NCBI GenBank assembly: GCA_016710015.1
Contig: JADJLR010000008.1
Coordinates: forward strand, 6,891 to 70,890
Direction: 5' to 3'
Origin: Flavobacteriales bacterium
GTDB taxonomy: Bacteria; Bacteroidota; Bacteroidia; Flavobacteriales_F; PHOS-HE28
Length of the DNA: 64,000 nt
Positions within the stretch are counted from its first letter, which is position 1; the number at the start of each line of letters is the position of its first letter. This document shows positions 54,294 to 63,674 of this stretch, piece by piece. The notes below the pieces were generated by a model. It was not told where the DNA came from. It made no database searches and saw only the letters and a list, made by a program, of their open reading frames with translations. The translations under genes were made by a program, and so were the position numbers.

Positions 54294-56453
54294 TCATTCC
54301 TTGATCCAGGTGAAAGAGGAAACCCGGTTACCATCCTGGATCACGACCATGTACATACCCGGTGGTAGGGATCCGGTATCGATACGTGCAGGAAATGCAG
54401 TGATCCCACCGCTCCATACCTGCCGTCCCAAGGGGTCATGGATACGGACCAAAGTCCGGGGCGTATTCCCCGTGCATGAGATCCGCAACTCATCCAGACC
54501 CGGATTGGGGTGGATGGTCCATGCACACGCAATGGTCTCTTCGGCCCCCAACCACACCTCGTCATTGCACGTCACAGAGATCTCATAGTCGCCGTCCACT
54601 GAATTCAAGGGATCATAGAGCAAGGGTAAATAGTACACCCCCGGTGTGAGGACCGGAAAGGAATACCTCCCATTCCCATCCTCACAGGCATAGGACTCCA
54701 CGGAGGCTACCAGCGCTGAATCACCAGGACAGTCCGTGGTCAGGATGTTCAAGGTATTCCCCCAGGCCGGCACGAGCCCACAATAGGCGACCGTGAATCC
54801 GTAGCAGGGTTCCTCCAACTCGAATGCATACCACATTACCGCTGATCCATAGTATGGGGAACTCTCAACGAAATCCCCAGCACTTGTTGCGCCTGTCAGG
54901 GACCCCGCGAGGTAGACGTTCCCTTGGCTGAATTGAATGGGTTGGACCGCACTGCACTCATCCGATGCGGAACCCAGATCCCGATACGCGAGCGTGTGGG
55001 TGCCGAAAGTGCCATCCAGCCCATACACCTTCAGGTACACCACCCCTGTCTCTAGCGCTAGGTAATTGATATCCGAACCGGGCCCGTTACAACCCCAAGA
55101 GCCATTCTGGATCGATGTGCATCCGGGATCAAGGAGCTGCAGCGTTGAGAAGTGGTCCGATGCGCCACCATTTCCACACCCTGTCTGAAAAGCATAGGTG
55201 TGTTCTTCGGTCACATTCACCTTGTACAGCCAACAGCCATCGTTCAAATACGCACCCGTCGCCGTTTGCCATACCAGTGTAGGGGTGATCTCCACATCAT
55301 AGGATGGACAGTCCGTACAACTTCCGCTCTTTCTGTACGCAAGCGTATAGAACCCTTCGGCCGCTTCTATCCCGGAAACTTTCAGGTATAGAAAGCCCGT
55401 GGATGTTGCTATGTACTCGATCATGGACGATCCATTTTCACATCCGTCGTTGTCCATCGCCAATGTGCCACAGTCGGGATCGAACAACTCCAAGAACGTA
55501 TCATGGTCCGCTGTAGCGCCGTTCCCGCAACCGGTCTTGAAGGTGTACATGAAACCCTCGGTAACCGAGACACGGTAGATCTGACAACCTTCCGATAGAT
55601 AGCTCGAAGTGGAGGTTGACCAGTTGACACCAGGCGTGATCGAGAGGTCATGTTCCGTACAAGTGCCACATAAGCTGCCATTTCCACCGCTTCGCCGATA
55701 GGCCATACTGAAGGTTCCCGCTGATCCGCTTGAGGAAATGACCTTCACATAGATGATCCCACCGGTCCCCATCCAAGTGACCTGTGATCGGCCTGCTTCA
55801 CACCCGTCCTCGTCCGAGGAGAGTGTGGCACAACCGACACCTTGCACCTCGATGAACGTGTCATGATCAGCGATAGCACCATCTCCACAGCCGGTCTTGA
55901 ACGTGTATTCCATACCGACCGCAGAGAACACCCTGTACACCTTGCACCCTCCGGTTCCGTAGGCTCCGGCCTTGGACTGCCATTGACTGGAAGGCATCAA
56001 TTGCTCATCGTAGGATGGACATTCGTTGCATTGGCCAGGCACACCTCCGATACTCCGATAGGCCATGGTGAACGAGCCACCTTGACCTTGAGCGCCGCGT
56101 ACCCGGATCCAGAGGACCGTCTCGTCGAAGAAGGAGTTGAAGCTCAAGCTGGAGCGACCGTTCTCACAACCATCATCGTTGCTCAAGATCGTTGTACAGA
56201 TCGGTGTCATCCATTCGATCACCGTATTGTGATCAGCGGTCGCACCATCACCGCAGCCGGTCTTGAACACGTAGTCCACTCCGAGGAAGAACTCCGCATC
56301 GAATATCATCCATCCATCCGCATCGTATTCGCCGGATACCGTCTGCCACGTGTCAAGCGGCTCAATGGAAGCCGTTGGAACACAATCCTCTTGCGCACGA
56401 ACGGTGCCGATGACGAGCGCGGTCAGGATCAGAAGAAAAGTGCGCGTAGCCAT
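54294..56453 (-). CDS. T9SS-secreted protein with four tandem Cys-rich PPC-like repeats
   Basis: Signal peptide MATRTFLLILTALVIGTVRAQ. Four units of about 117-122 aa around FKTGCG[DN]GA.ADH. C-terminal IHPNPGLDELRI...IHDPLGRQV...LPPGMYMVVI Por_Secre_tail pattern. Confidence 0.75.
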   Translation of the reverse strand: MATRTFLLILTALVIGTVRAQEDCVPTASIEPLDTWQTVSGEYDADGWMIFDAEFFLGVDYVFKTGCGDGATADHNTVIEWMTPICTTILSNDDGCENGRSSLSFNSFFDETVLWIRVRGAQGQGGSFTMAYRSIGGVPGQCNECPSYDEQLMPSSQWQSKAGAYGTGGCKVYRVFSAVGMEYTFKTGCGDGAIADHDTFIEVQGVGCATLSSDEDGCEAGRSQVTWMGTGGIIYVKVISSSGSAGTFSMAYRRSGGNGSLCGTCTEHDLSITPGVNWSTSTSSYLSEGCQIYRVSVTEGFMYTFKTGCGNGATADHDTFLELFDPDCGTLAMDNDGCENGSSMIEYIATSTGFLYLKVSGIEAAEGFYTLAYRKSGSCTDCPSYDVEITPTLVWQTATGAYLNDGCWLYKVNVTEEHTYAFQTGCGNGGASDHFSTLQLLDPGCTSIQNGSWGCNGPGSDINYLALETGVVYLKVYGLDGTFGTHTLAYRDLGSASDECSAVQPIQFSQGNVYLAGSLTGATSAGDFVESSPYYGSAVMWYAFELEEPCYGFTVAYCGLVPAWGNTLNILTTDCPGDSALVASVESYACEDGNGRYSFPVLTPGVYYLPLLYDPLNSVDGDYEISVTCNDEVWLGAEETIACAWTIHPNPGLDELRISCTGNTPRTLVRIHDPLGRQVWSGGITAFPARIDTGSLPPGMYMVVIQDGNRVSSFTWIKE
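54981..56384 (-). repeat. Intragenic tandem repeat: 4 domain units of about 350-365 nt each
   Basis: Protein-level repeats with the same cysteine spacing in units 2-4 (C-x2-C-x24-C-x18-C-x18-C-x9-C); unit 1 is partial. Confidence 0.6.
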
Positions 56454-56544
56454 GCTCAGTGATCGAAGCTAAAGTGAAATAACGTAACGCGACCATCGGA
56501 AGGGTCTCCGATCATTGGACAGGTGCAACGATGAAATCGCTGCC

Positions 56545-56985
56545 TTACCTCAACAGAAGTACGACCACTGCATAACGGAGCGCCTTTCCAATGAGCATGA
56601 GGACGGCCACCGGCCAGATGCGCGCCTTGGCAAGTCCCAGAGCGACAGCCAGCGGGTCGCCCACCACCGGAAGCCACGTCAGCAAGGCGGTCCAGATGCC
56701 GAAACGGTCCACCTTCGCCTGAAAACGCTGGGCCTTGGCCGGATCCAGACGCAACCACCGCGCAATGCGGTCGAGATCACCGAGGTGCCCCAAGAAGTAC
56801 GAACTCATTCCGCCCAACCAATTTCCCGCACTGGCAGCACTCCAGAGCGCCCAGGATGACCAAGGCCCAAGCATCATGGTCGCCAAGACCGCCTCGGAAC
56901 TGAAGGGCAGTATAGTGGCCGCTAGGAAAGAAGCTAGGAACAAGCCCAGCAAACCCCACTCCACCCACATCGGCCCGAACTCCAT
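56545..56985 (-). CDS. YqaA-family (DedA/SNARE-associated-like) membrane protein
   Basis: GLLGLFLASFLAATILPFSSEAVL...GNWLGGMSSYFLG...PVVGDPLAVALG pattern of YqaA proteins. Confidence 0.75.
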   Translation of the reverse strand: MEFGPMWVEWGLLGLFLASFLAATILPFSSEAVLATMMLGPWSSWALWSAASAGNWLGGMSSYFLGHLGDLDRIARWLRLDPAKAQRFQAKVDRFGIWTALLTWLPVVGDPLAVALGLAKARIWPVAVLMLIGKALRYAVVVLLLR

Positions 56986-57022
56986 GTGGGCAAGATATCC
57001 GCCCCGGCATGGACTTTGTCAA

Positions 57023-57030
57023 GATCTTTG
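57023..57030 (+). promoter_or_regulatory. -7 box variant GATCTTTG
   Basis: AGATCTTTGC lies only 4 nt before ATG 57035. Confidence 0.35.
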
Positions 57031-57034
57031 CACC

Positions 57035-57727
57035 ATGCGTCGGATCAGCTTATTCCTCATCACGGTTTGTGCCACATTGATCGGCAAGGGCCAGACCAAT
57101 ACGAACTTCGCGTGGCAAGAACGTTCGTCCACCTTGAGCGGTGGCTTGGAGATCGGCATCCCGCTCGGTGAATACGACTTCACTTGGGGAGCCAATACAT
57201 TCGGCCTGTCGGCCAACGTGGCGCTTCCTATGCGCGTTCTTCCGTTGGACATCGGCTACGATTTCGGTTGGAGCCGCATGGGCAGCGAGTACGGTGAACC
57301 GCTCAACCCTAGCGGCTTATTGTCCGCGAACACCGGTCGAGAAGTACGGGTGAAGAGCAATGTGTACAACCACCACCTCCTACTGCGCCTGAACCCCTTG
57401 CGTGGTCGCATCAGACCGTACGGCGACCTGATGATGGGGGCACGTCATTTCAGTACCCGGTCCATTGCATCGGCCGCCAATGGAGAAAGCGAGGAAGAAC
57501 GTGACGGAGCATTTGCTGGAAGTGCGGGCTGGGCCGTTGGCACCATGGTCTCCCTAAGCCGGCAGATCTATGTGGAAGCACGGGTGGAACGCCTATTCAG
57601 TGGCAAGGTCTCCTATGTGGATCCGCGCACCATCACCATCGCCAACGACGGTTCGGTGACCTACGAAAAGCTGACCAGCCGCACCGACGTGGTCAACGTT
57701 CAGTTGGGTGTTGGCCTGCGTTTTTAG
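57035..57727 (+). CDS. Outer-membrane beta-barrel (porin-family) protein
   Basis: The internal ATG gives signal peptide MRRISLFLITVCATLIGKGQ. Alternating beta-strand pattern with C-terminal VQLGVGLRF. The upstream part of the tracked ORF overlaps yqaA antisense. Confidence 0.65.
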   Translation: MRRISLFLITVCATLIGKGQTNTNFAWQERSSTLSGGLEIGIPLGEYDFTWGANTFGLSANVALPMRVLPLDIGYDFGWSRMGSEYGEPLNPSGLLSANTGREVRVKSNVYNHHLLLRLNPLRGRIRPYGDLMMGARHFSTRSIASAANGESEEERDGAFAGSAGWAVGTMVSLSRQIYVEARVERLFSGKVSYVDPRTITIANDGSVTYEKLTSRTDVVNVQLGVGLRF

Positions 57728-57853
57728 AGGCCGTTGCCCACCGGACCCTTGTTGGTAACCTTTGCGTAACGCGATCAATGAGCGCCCGTTAAGGTTGGCT
57801 TTTGGCCGTAAACTTGCCCCTTGAACGCAGGCCCCGAACGCCTGTAAAGCACA

Positions 57854-59383
57854 TTGGACGGGCAAAAACGCATCCAGAGCGCACTCATTTCCGTTTTCCA
57901 CAAGGACGGACTCGCGCCTATCATCCAGCAACTGGATCGGCTTGGCGTTCACCTATACTCCACCGGTGGCACCCAGGAATTCATTGAAAGCTTGGGGGTG
58001 AAAGCGACCCCTGTGGAAGAACTCACGACCTATCCGAGCATCCTTGGTGGCCGTGTGAAGACCCTGCACCCCAAGGTCTTCGGCGGTATTCTCGGTCGTC
58101 GGGATCTGGAAAGCGATGTGGCCCAGCTGGAGGAATACGCCATCCCACCGATCGATCTGGTGATCGTGGACCTGTACCCCTTCGAAGCCACGGTGGCCGC
58201 TGGTGGCGATGCTTCCGCGATCATCGAGAAGATCGACATCGGCGGCATCAGCCTGATCCGTGCGGCGGCTAAGAACCACTCCGATGTGGTGATCGTGTCG
58301 GCCCAGCAACAGTACGGTGAATTGCTTCGGATCCTCATGGAACAGAACGGTTCCACCTCGCTGGAACAGCGGAAGGGGCTCGCTGCATCGGCATTCGCTG
58401 TGAGCTCCCAATACGATGGTGCCATCCACAACTGGTTCACCCAAGGGCAAGGAGAATTGAGGCTTTCCGCCGGACCGACACACGTGTTGCGCTACGGAGA
58501 GAATCCACACCAAAAGGGTGCGTTCCATGGCGATCTCGCTGGACTGTTCGAGCAACTGAACGGCAAAGAACTCAGCTACAACAACCTGCTCGATCTCGAT
58601 GCCGCCGTGGACCTGATCGACGACCTCGATACGATCGATGGTGTGCCGTTCGCGATCCTGAAACACAACAACGCCTGCGGTGCTGCCATTCGACCCACGG
58701 TGAAAGAAGCTTGGGAGGCCGCTTTGGCCGGCGATCCTGTTAGTGCTTTCGGCGGCGTTTTGATCACCACGGCTCGGATCGACAAGACCACCGCCGAGGC
58801 CATCGACCCCCTCTTCTTCGAGATCATCGCTGCACCTGCCTATGACGACGATGGGTTGGAGGTACTGAAGACGAAGAAGAACCGCATGATCCTTCAGCGC
58901 AAGCCTTCCACACGGCCCGTAGTGAAAGTGCGCACCGCCCTTAACGGCTACCTCACGGAAGATGCCGACACCGTCGTTGCCAACGCCACGAGCCTGCGCA
59001 CTGCGACCACCAAGGCACCCACCACCGAGGAAACAACAGCGATGGTGTTCGCCAACATGCTGGTGAAGCATACCAAGAGCAACGCCATCGTCCTCGCCAA
59101 AGGCAACCAACTACTGGCCAGCGGAACCGGACAAACGAGCCGCGTGGATGCCTTGGAACAGGCCATCGCCAAGGCCGCGAAATTCAACTTCGATCTGCAC
59201 GGGGCCGTCATGGCCAGCGATGCGTTCTTCCCGTTCCCTGATTGCGTGGAGATCGCTCACCACGCCGGTATCACCGCAGTGGTGCACCCCGGTGGCAGTA
59301 TCCGCGATCAGGACAGTATCGACTTCTGCAACTCCCACGGAATGGCAATGGCCATCACCGGTACACGTCATTTCAAACACTGA
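57854..59383 (+). CDS. purH: Bifunctional AICAR transformylase / IMP cyclohydrolase
   Basis: ALISVFHKDGL, STGGT, GRVKTLHP, IVDLYPF, GENPHQ, KHNNACG, GGSIRD motifs. TTG start at 57854. Confidence 0.95.
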   Translation: MDGQKRIQSALISVFHKDGLAPIIQQLDRLGVHLYSTGGTQEFIESLGVKATPVEELTTYPSILGGRVKTLHPKVFGGILGRRDLESDVAQLEEYAIPPIDLVIVDLYPFEATVAAGGDASAIIEKIDIGGISLIRAAAKNHSDVVIVSAQQQYGELLRILMEQNGSTSLEQRKGLAASAFAVSSQYDGAIHNWFTQGQGELRLSAGPTHVLRYGENPHQKGAFHGDLAGLFEQLNGKELSYNNLLDLDAAVDLIDDLDTIDGVPFAILKHNNACGAAIRPTVKEAWEAALAGDPVSAFGGVLITTARIDKTTAEAIDPLFFEIIAAPAYDDDGLEVLKTKKNRMILQRKPSTRPVVKVRTALNGYLTEDADTVVANATSLRTATTKAPTTEETTAMVFANMLVKHTKSNAIVLAKGNQLLASGTGQTSRVDALEQAIAKAAKFNFDLHGAVMASDAFFPFPDCVEIAHHAGITAVVHPGGSIRDQDSIDFCNSHGMAMAITGTRHFKH

Positions 59384-59392
59384 GCCCGGTCC

Positions 59393-60418
59393 ATGAGCTG
59401 GTTCAACTTCTTCACCCAAGAGATCGCGATCGACCTCGGTACCGCGAATACCCTGATCATCCACAACGACAAGGTCGTGGTGGACGAACCGAGCATTGTG
59501 GCCATCGACCGCACCACCGGGAAGGTCATCGCCGTTGGTAGGCAGGCCCAGCAAATGCATGGCAAGACCCACGAGAACATCAAGACCATTCGCCCGCTGC
59601 GCGATGGGGTGATCGCAGACTTCAAAGCGGCCGAAGAAATGATCAAGGGCATGATCAAGATGATCAAGCCGGGTCGTCAGCTCTTCACGCCCAATCTGCG
59701 CATGGTGATCTGCATCCCGAGCGGCATCACCGAAGTGGAAAAACGCGCGGTGAAGGACAGCAGTGAACACGCTGGTGCCAAGGAAGTGTACCTGATCCAC
59801 GAACCCATGGCAGCGGCCATCGGTATCGGCATCGATGTGGAGGAGCCGATGGGCAACATGATCATCGACATCGGTGGTGGTACGAGTGAGATCGCCGTGA
59901 TCGCCTTGGGCGGGATCGTGTGCGACAAGAACATCCGAGTTGCTGGTGACGAGTTCACCAACGACATCGAGGAGTACATGCGCCGCCAACACAACATCCT
60001 GGTGGGCGAGCGCACGGCCGAAACGATCAAGATAGAAGTGGGCGCGGCGATGACCGAGTTGGACAACCCACCTCCCGACTACGCGGTGCGTGGCCGGGAC
60101 CTGATGACCGGCATTCCGAAGGAGATCACCGTGACCTATAGCGAGATCGCACAGGCCCTGGACAAGTCGATCAGCAAGATCGAAGAAGCGATCCTGAGCG
60201 CGTTGGAAGCCACACCGCCCGAGCTGAGCGCCGACATTTACAAGACCGGTATCTATCTCGCTGGTGGCGGTGCGCTGCTCCGTGGGTTGGACAAACGCAT
60301 CAGCATCAAGACCAAGTTGCCCGTTCATGTGAGCGAGGATCCCTTGCGTGCGGTTGCGCGGGGCACAGGTATCGCACTGAAGAACATCGACCGCTTCCAG
60401 TTCTTGATGCGCGAATAG
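59393..60418 (+). CDS. mreB: Rod shape-determining protein MreB
   Basis: IAIDLGTANTLI, RPLRDGVIADF, EPMAAAIG, DIGGGTSEIAVI, LAGGGALLRGLD motifs. Confidence 0.95.
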   Translation: MSWFNFFTQEIAIDLGTANTLIIHNDKVVVDEPSIVAIDRTTGKVIAVGRQAQQMHGKTHENIKTIRPLRDGVIADFKAAEEMIKGMIKMIKPGRQLFTPNLRMVICIPSGITEVEKRAVKDSSEHAGAKEVYLIHEPMAAAIGIGIDVEEPMGNMIIDIGGGTSEIAVIALGGIVCDKNIRVAGDEFTNDIEEYMRRQHNILVGERTAETIKIEVGAAMTELDNPPPDYAVRGRDLMTGIPKEITVTYSEIAQALDKSISKIEEAILSALEATPPELSADIYKTGIYLAGGGALLRGLDKRISIKTKLPVHVSEDPLRAVARGTGIALKNIDRFQFLMRE

Positions 60419-60466
60419 GGGCGCGAGATCTCGCGCCCATACTCGCGCATTCTTGCGTAGCAAGAA
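60419..60466 (+). promoter_or_regulatory. Perfect 20-nt palindrome plus second hairpin between mreB and mreC
   Basis: GGGCGCGAGA/TCTCGCGCCC (60419-60438) starts right after the mreB stop. A third CTCGCGC copy at 60443-60449 could pair alternatively with GCGCGAG. A 7-bp hairpin TTCTTGC-GTA-GCAAGAA occupies 60450-60466. Confidence 0.5.
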
Positions 60467-60472
60467 CGAACG

Positions 60473-61303
60473 ATGAGGGATCTATTCCGCTTTCTGCATC
60501 GCATCCGCAGTACGTTGATCTTCCTCACGCTGTTGGTGATCTCCCTCGTCCTGCTGTACAATGGCAACGCACATCACCGTGCTCAGGCCATCAGTTCCAG
60601 CAACTCCGTAGTGGGAACCATCTACACGTGGCGCAAGGAGATCACCGATTACACGGGCCTGAAGGAAGTGAACCGCAAGCTGGCCGAAGAGAACGCGATG
60701 TGGCGCAATCGCCATATCAGCATGTACTCCACAGTGGAAAGCCGCTTCGTGCGCATCCATGACACCATTCGCTTACAGGAGTACACGGTGATCCCTACCA
60801 AAGTGGTGAACAGCACCTGGCACAAACCGAAGAACTACCTCACCTTGGACAAGGGAAGTAAGGCGGGTCTGCATGGGGACATGGGCGTGATCGGCACCGA
60901 AGGCATCGTCGGCGTAGTAAGCGATGTGAACGACGGTTTCGCATCCGTGATCAGCGTGCTCAGTCCGGACATCAAGACCAGCGTTCAACTGCGTCGAACA
61001 GGTCATTTCGGATTGCTCTATTGGGACACCAACGATCCACGTACCGCCTCGGTGATCGATATTGCAAAGCATGCCCGCGTGGCCGTGGGCGATACCGTAG
61101 AGACACGCGGTGGCGATGGCATCTTCCCGGCAGGCATTCCCGTAGGACTCGTGGAAGAGGTGGTGGACGCACCGGGTAGCAATTACCACGGCATTACGAT
61201 CCGATTGACGGAGGATATGACCCGCAGCGGATTCGTGTACGTTGTGGAGGACCTGCGACGTGCGGAACGTGACACGTTGCAAAAAGCGAACGAGCGACCA
61301 TGA
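60473..61303 (+). CDS. mreC: Rod shape-determining protein MreC
   Basis: N-terminal TM helix, coiled-coil (L.EEN..WR), beta-barrel domain with GDMGVIG.EGIVG.V and GIFPAGIPVG. Confidence 0.85.
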   Translation: MRDLFRFLHRIRSTLIFLTLLVISLVLLYNGNAHHRAQAISSSNSVVGTIYTWRKEITDYTGLKEVNRKLAEENAMWRNRHISMYSTVESRFVRIHDTIRLQEYTVIPTKVVNSTWHKPKNYLTLDKGSKAGLHGDMGVIGTEGIVGVVSDVNDGFASVISVLSPDIKTSVQLRRTGHFGLLYWDTNDPRTASVIDIAKHARVAVGDTVETRGGDGIFPAGIPVGLVEEVVDAPGSNYHGITIRLTEDMTRSGFVYVVEDLRRAERDTLQKANERP

Positions 61304-61824
61304 TCGGTACCGTTTTCGCCAACATAGCGCGCTTCGTCCTACTGATCCTGATCCAAGTGCTGGTGCTGGATCACTTGGATGTCGCCAACGGCTACATGGT
61401 GCCGTATCTCTACGTGCTCTTCTTGTTGATGTTGCCCATCGAACTCCCGGCTTGGGCGCAACTCACCAGCGGAGCGATCGTGGGGCTGGTGATGGATGTC
61501 TTCAGCAATACACCCGGTATGCACATGAGCGCCTGTGTGGTGATGATGTATGCGCGCCTCAACCTGCTGCGTTTGTTGGCACCGCGTGAAGGCTATGAAT
61601 TCGGTACACGCCCTACGGTTCCGCGCATGGGACTCGCTTGGTTCCTCACGTACGCTGGACTCTTGATCCTCATCCATCACTTGTGGTTGTTCTTCATCGA
61701 GATCCATCGCTTCGATCACTTCTTCGGTACGTTCTTTCGCGCCATCCTCAGCGGGATCTTCACGCTGGCCTTGTGCCTGCTGGCGCAATTCCTCACCTCT
61801 CGCCCAGAGCACGGTCGTCGATGA
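61300..61824 (+). CDS. mreD: Rod shape-determining protein MreD
   Basis: Small 5-TM protein directly overlapping mreC (ATGA) and mrdA (ATGA); canonical operon position. Confidence 0.8.
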   Translation: MIGTVFANIARFVLLILIQVLVLDHLDVANGYMVPYLYVLFLLMLPIELPAWAQLTSGAIVGLVMDVFSNTPGMHMSACVVMMYARLNLLRLLAPREGYEFGTRPTVPRMGLAWFLTYAGLLILIHHLWLFFIEIHRFDHFFGTFFRAILSGIFTLALCLLAQFLTSRPEHGRR

Positions 61825-63674
61825 ATACCGAGTCCCGCAAATACGTACTCATCGCGGCGGTGCTCTTCATCAGCAGCGTGTTCCTCATGCGCCTCTTCTG
61901 GATCCAGGTGGTGGATGGGAAATGGAAGGCCGAGGCCGCCAACATGGCGGAACGCAAGGTCACGATCTACCCATCGCGCGGCTTGATCTATGACCGAAAG
62001 GAGCGACTACTCGTTGCCAATACTCCGGTCTACGATCTGATGGTGGTGCCCAAGGAAGTGGAGGCCTTCGATACCTCAGCTCTCTGTCGGTTGATCAGCG
62101 TACCTGAAACCGAACTCCGTGCGCGGCTGGCAGCAGCAACAGCGTATTCGAAGTACAAGCCCAGTGTGATCGAGAAGCAGATCCCGGCCGATCAGTTCGC
62201 GGCGATCAGTGTTCACCTGCACAAGTACCCCGGCTTCTTCGGGCAATCACGTACGTTGCGCACCTACCCGCCGCACGTGGCAGCGCATCTGCTCGGCTAC
62301 CTCAGCGAGGTGAATGCACGCAAGGTGGAACAAGACCCCTACTACAAGTCCGGCGACGTGATCGGCGTGGGAGGTCTGGAGTCGTACTACGAGAAGGAAA
62401 TGCGCGGTCGACGCGGCGTGAGCTACGTGCTGGTGGATGTACACAACAATCAGAAAGGCTCCTTCAAGAACGGACAATATGATACGCTCGCTGTGGAAGG
62501 CAAGGATCTCTTTACCGGGATCGACCTCGACATGCAACGCTTGGGCGAGCAGTTGATGGTGAACAAGAAGGGGAGTATCGTAGCGCTGGACCCTAGGACC
62601 GGCGAGGTGCTCTGCCTGGTCTCCAGCCCGAGTTACGACCCGGAATTGCTCGTGGGTCGTGTGCGGAATACGAACTACGGCGTGCTGCAGCGCGACCCCA
62701 TCAAGCCGCTCTTCGATCGTGCTTTGCAAGCGCAGTATCCACCCGGTTCGATCTTCAAGGTGGTCCAATCCCTCATCGCGTTGGATGAAGGTGTGATCAC
62801 CGTGAACACCGGATTCCCGTGCAACAAGAGCTTGGTCGGCTGCCACAACCACCCGAGCGCAGGGACCATCGAGCAGGCCATTCAGATGTCCTGCAACCCG
62901 TACTTCTACATGGTCTTCAAACGACTGATAGAGCAGGACAAGGACCCCAACCGATTCAAGGATGCAGCCATCGGTCTTGCGGAATGGCATACCTACATGC
63001 TCAGCTTCGGCCTTGGTCAACGCTTACCGATCGACCTACCATCGGCAAAGGGTGGTAACATCCCGGATGTGGCCTATTACGACCGCAAGTACGGTAAGCT
63101 AGGCTGGGCCTTCAGCACCATCTATAGCGTGAGCATCGGACAGGGGGAGGTGCTCGTTGCGCCCCTTCAAATGGCCAATCTCGCCGCGATCTTCGCCAAC
63201 AAGGGCTGGTACTATGACCCGCATGTGGTGCGTGCCGTAGGACACCCGGACAGCGTGCAACAGAAGTACCTCACCAAGCACATCACCGATGTGGACCCGA
63301 AGTGGTACGATCATATCCAAGAAGGTATGCGGCGCGTGGTGAACGAAGCAGGTGGTACCGCACGAGGGGCGCGCATGAAGGAGATCACCATCTGTGGAAA
63401 GACCGGGACCGCTGAGAACCCGCATGGTCAGGACCATGCCGTTTTCATTTGCTTCGCGCCGATGGAGAACCCCAAGATCGCCATGGCCGTGTACGTGGAG
63501 AATTCCGGATTCGGCGGCACTTGGGCCGCACCCATCGCCAGCTTGTTGATCGAGCAATACCTCACCGATACCATCACCCGCCCAGAGGTCGTGAAGAGAA
63601 TGGTGGAAGCCGACCTCATCGCCAAGGAAGCGACCTACGTGAAGAAAGTGAAACCGAAACGCAAACAGCGATGA
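61821..63674 (+). CDS. mrdA: Penicillin-binding protein 2 (elongasome transpeptidase)
   Basis: N-terminal TM helix, RG.IYDR, SxxK (PGSIFKV), SCN, KTGTA motifs. Start trimmed to MNTESRKY at 61821. Confidence 0.9.
   Translation: MNTESRKYVLIAAVLFISSVFLMRLFWIQVVDGKWKAEAANMAERKVTIYPSRGLIYDRKERLLVANTPVYDLMVVPKEVEAFDTSALCRLISVPETELRARLAAATAYSKYKPSVIEKQIPADQFAAISVHLHKYPGFFGQSRTLRTYPPHVAAHLLGYLSEVNARKVEQDPYYKSGDVIGVGGLESYYEKEMRGRRGVSYVLVDVHNNQKGSFKNGQYDTLAVEGKDLFTGIDLDMQRLGEQLMVNKKGSIVALDPRTGEVLCLVSSPSYDPELLVGRVRNTNYGVLQRDPIKPLFDRALQAQYPPGSIFKVVQSLIALDEGVITVNTGFPCNKSLVGCHNHPSAGTIEQAIQMSCNPYFYMVFKRLIEQDKDPNRFKDAAIGLAEWHTYMLSFGLGQRLPIDLPSAKGGNIPDVAYYDRKYGKLGWAFSTIYSVSIGQGEVLVAPLQMANLAAIFANKGWYYDPHVVRAVGHPDSVQQKYLTKHITDVDPKWYDHIQEGMRRVVNEAGGTARGARMKEITICGKTGTAENPHGQDHAVFICFAPMENPKIAMAVYVENSGFGGTWAAPIASLLIEQYLTDTITRPEVVKRMVEADLIAKEATYVKKVKPKRKQR

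Noticed and set aside
57728-57853. Possible ZTP (pfl) riboswitch upstream of purH
   Set aside because: The conserved 3' CCGCCUGGGC-type element and the GGGUCGUGAC-like 5' core are absent. Only a weak 5-bp hairpin is present.
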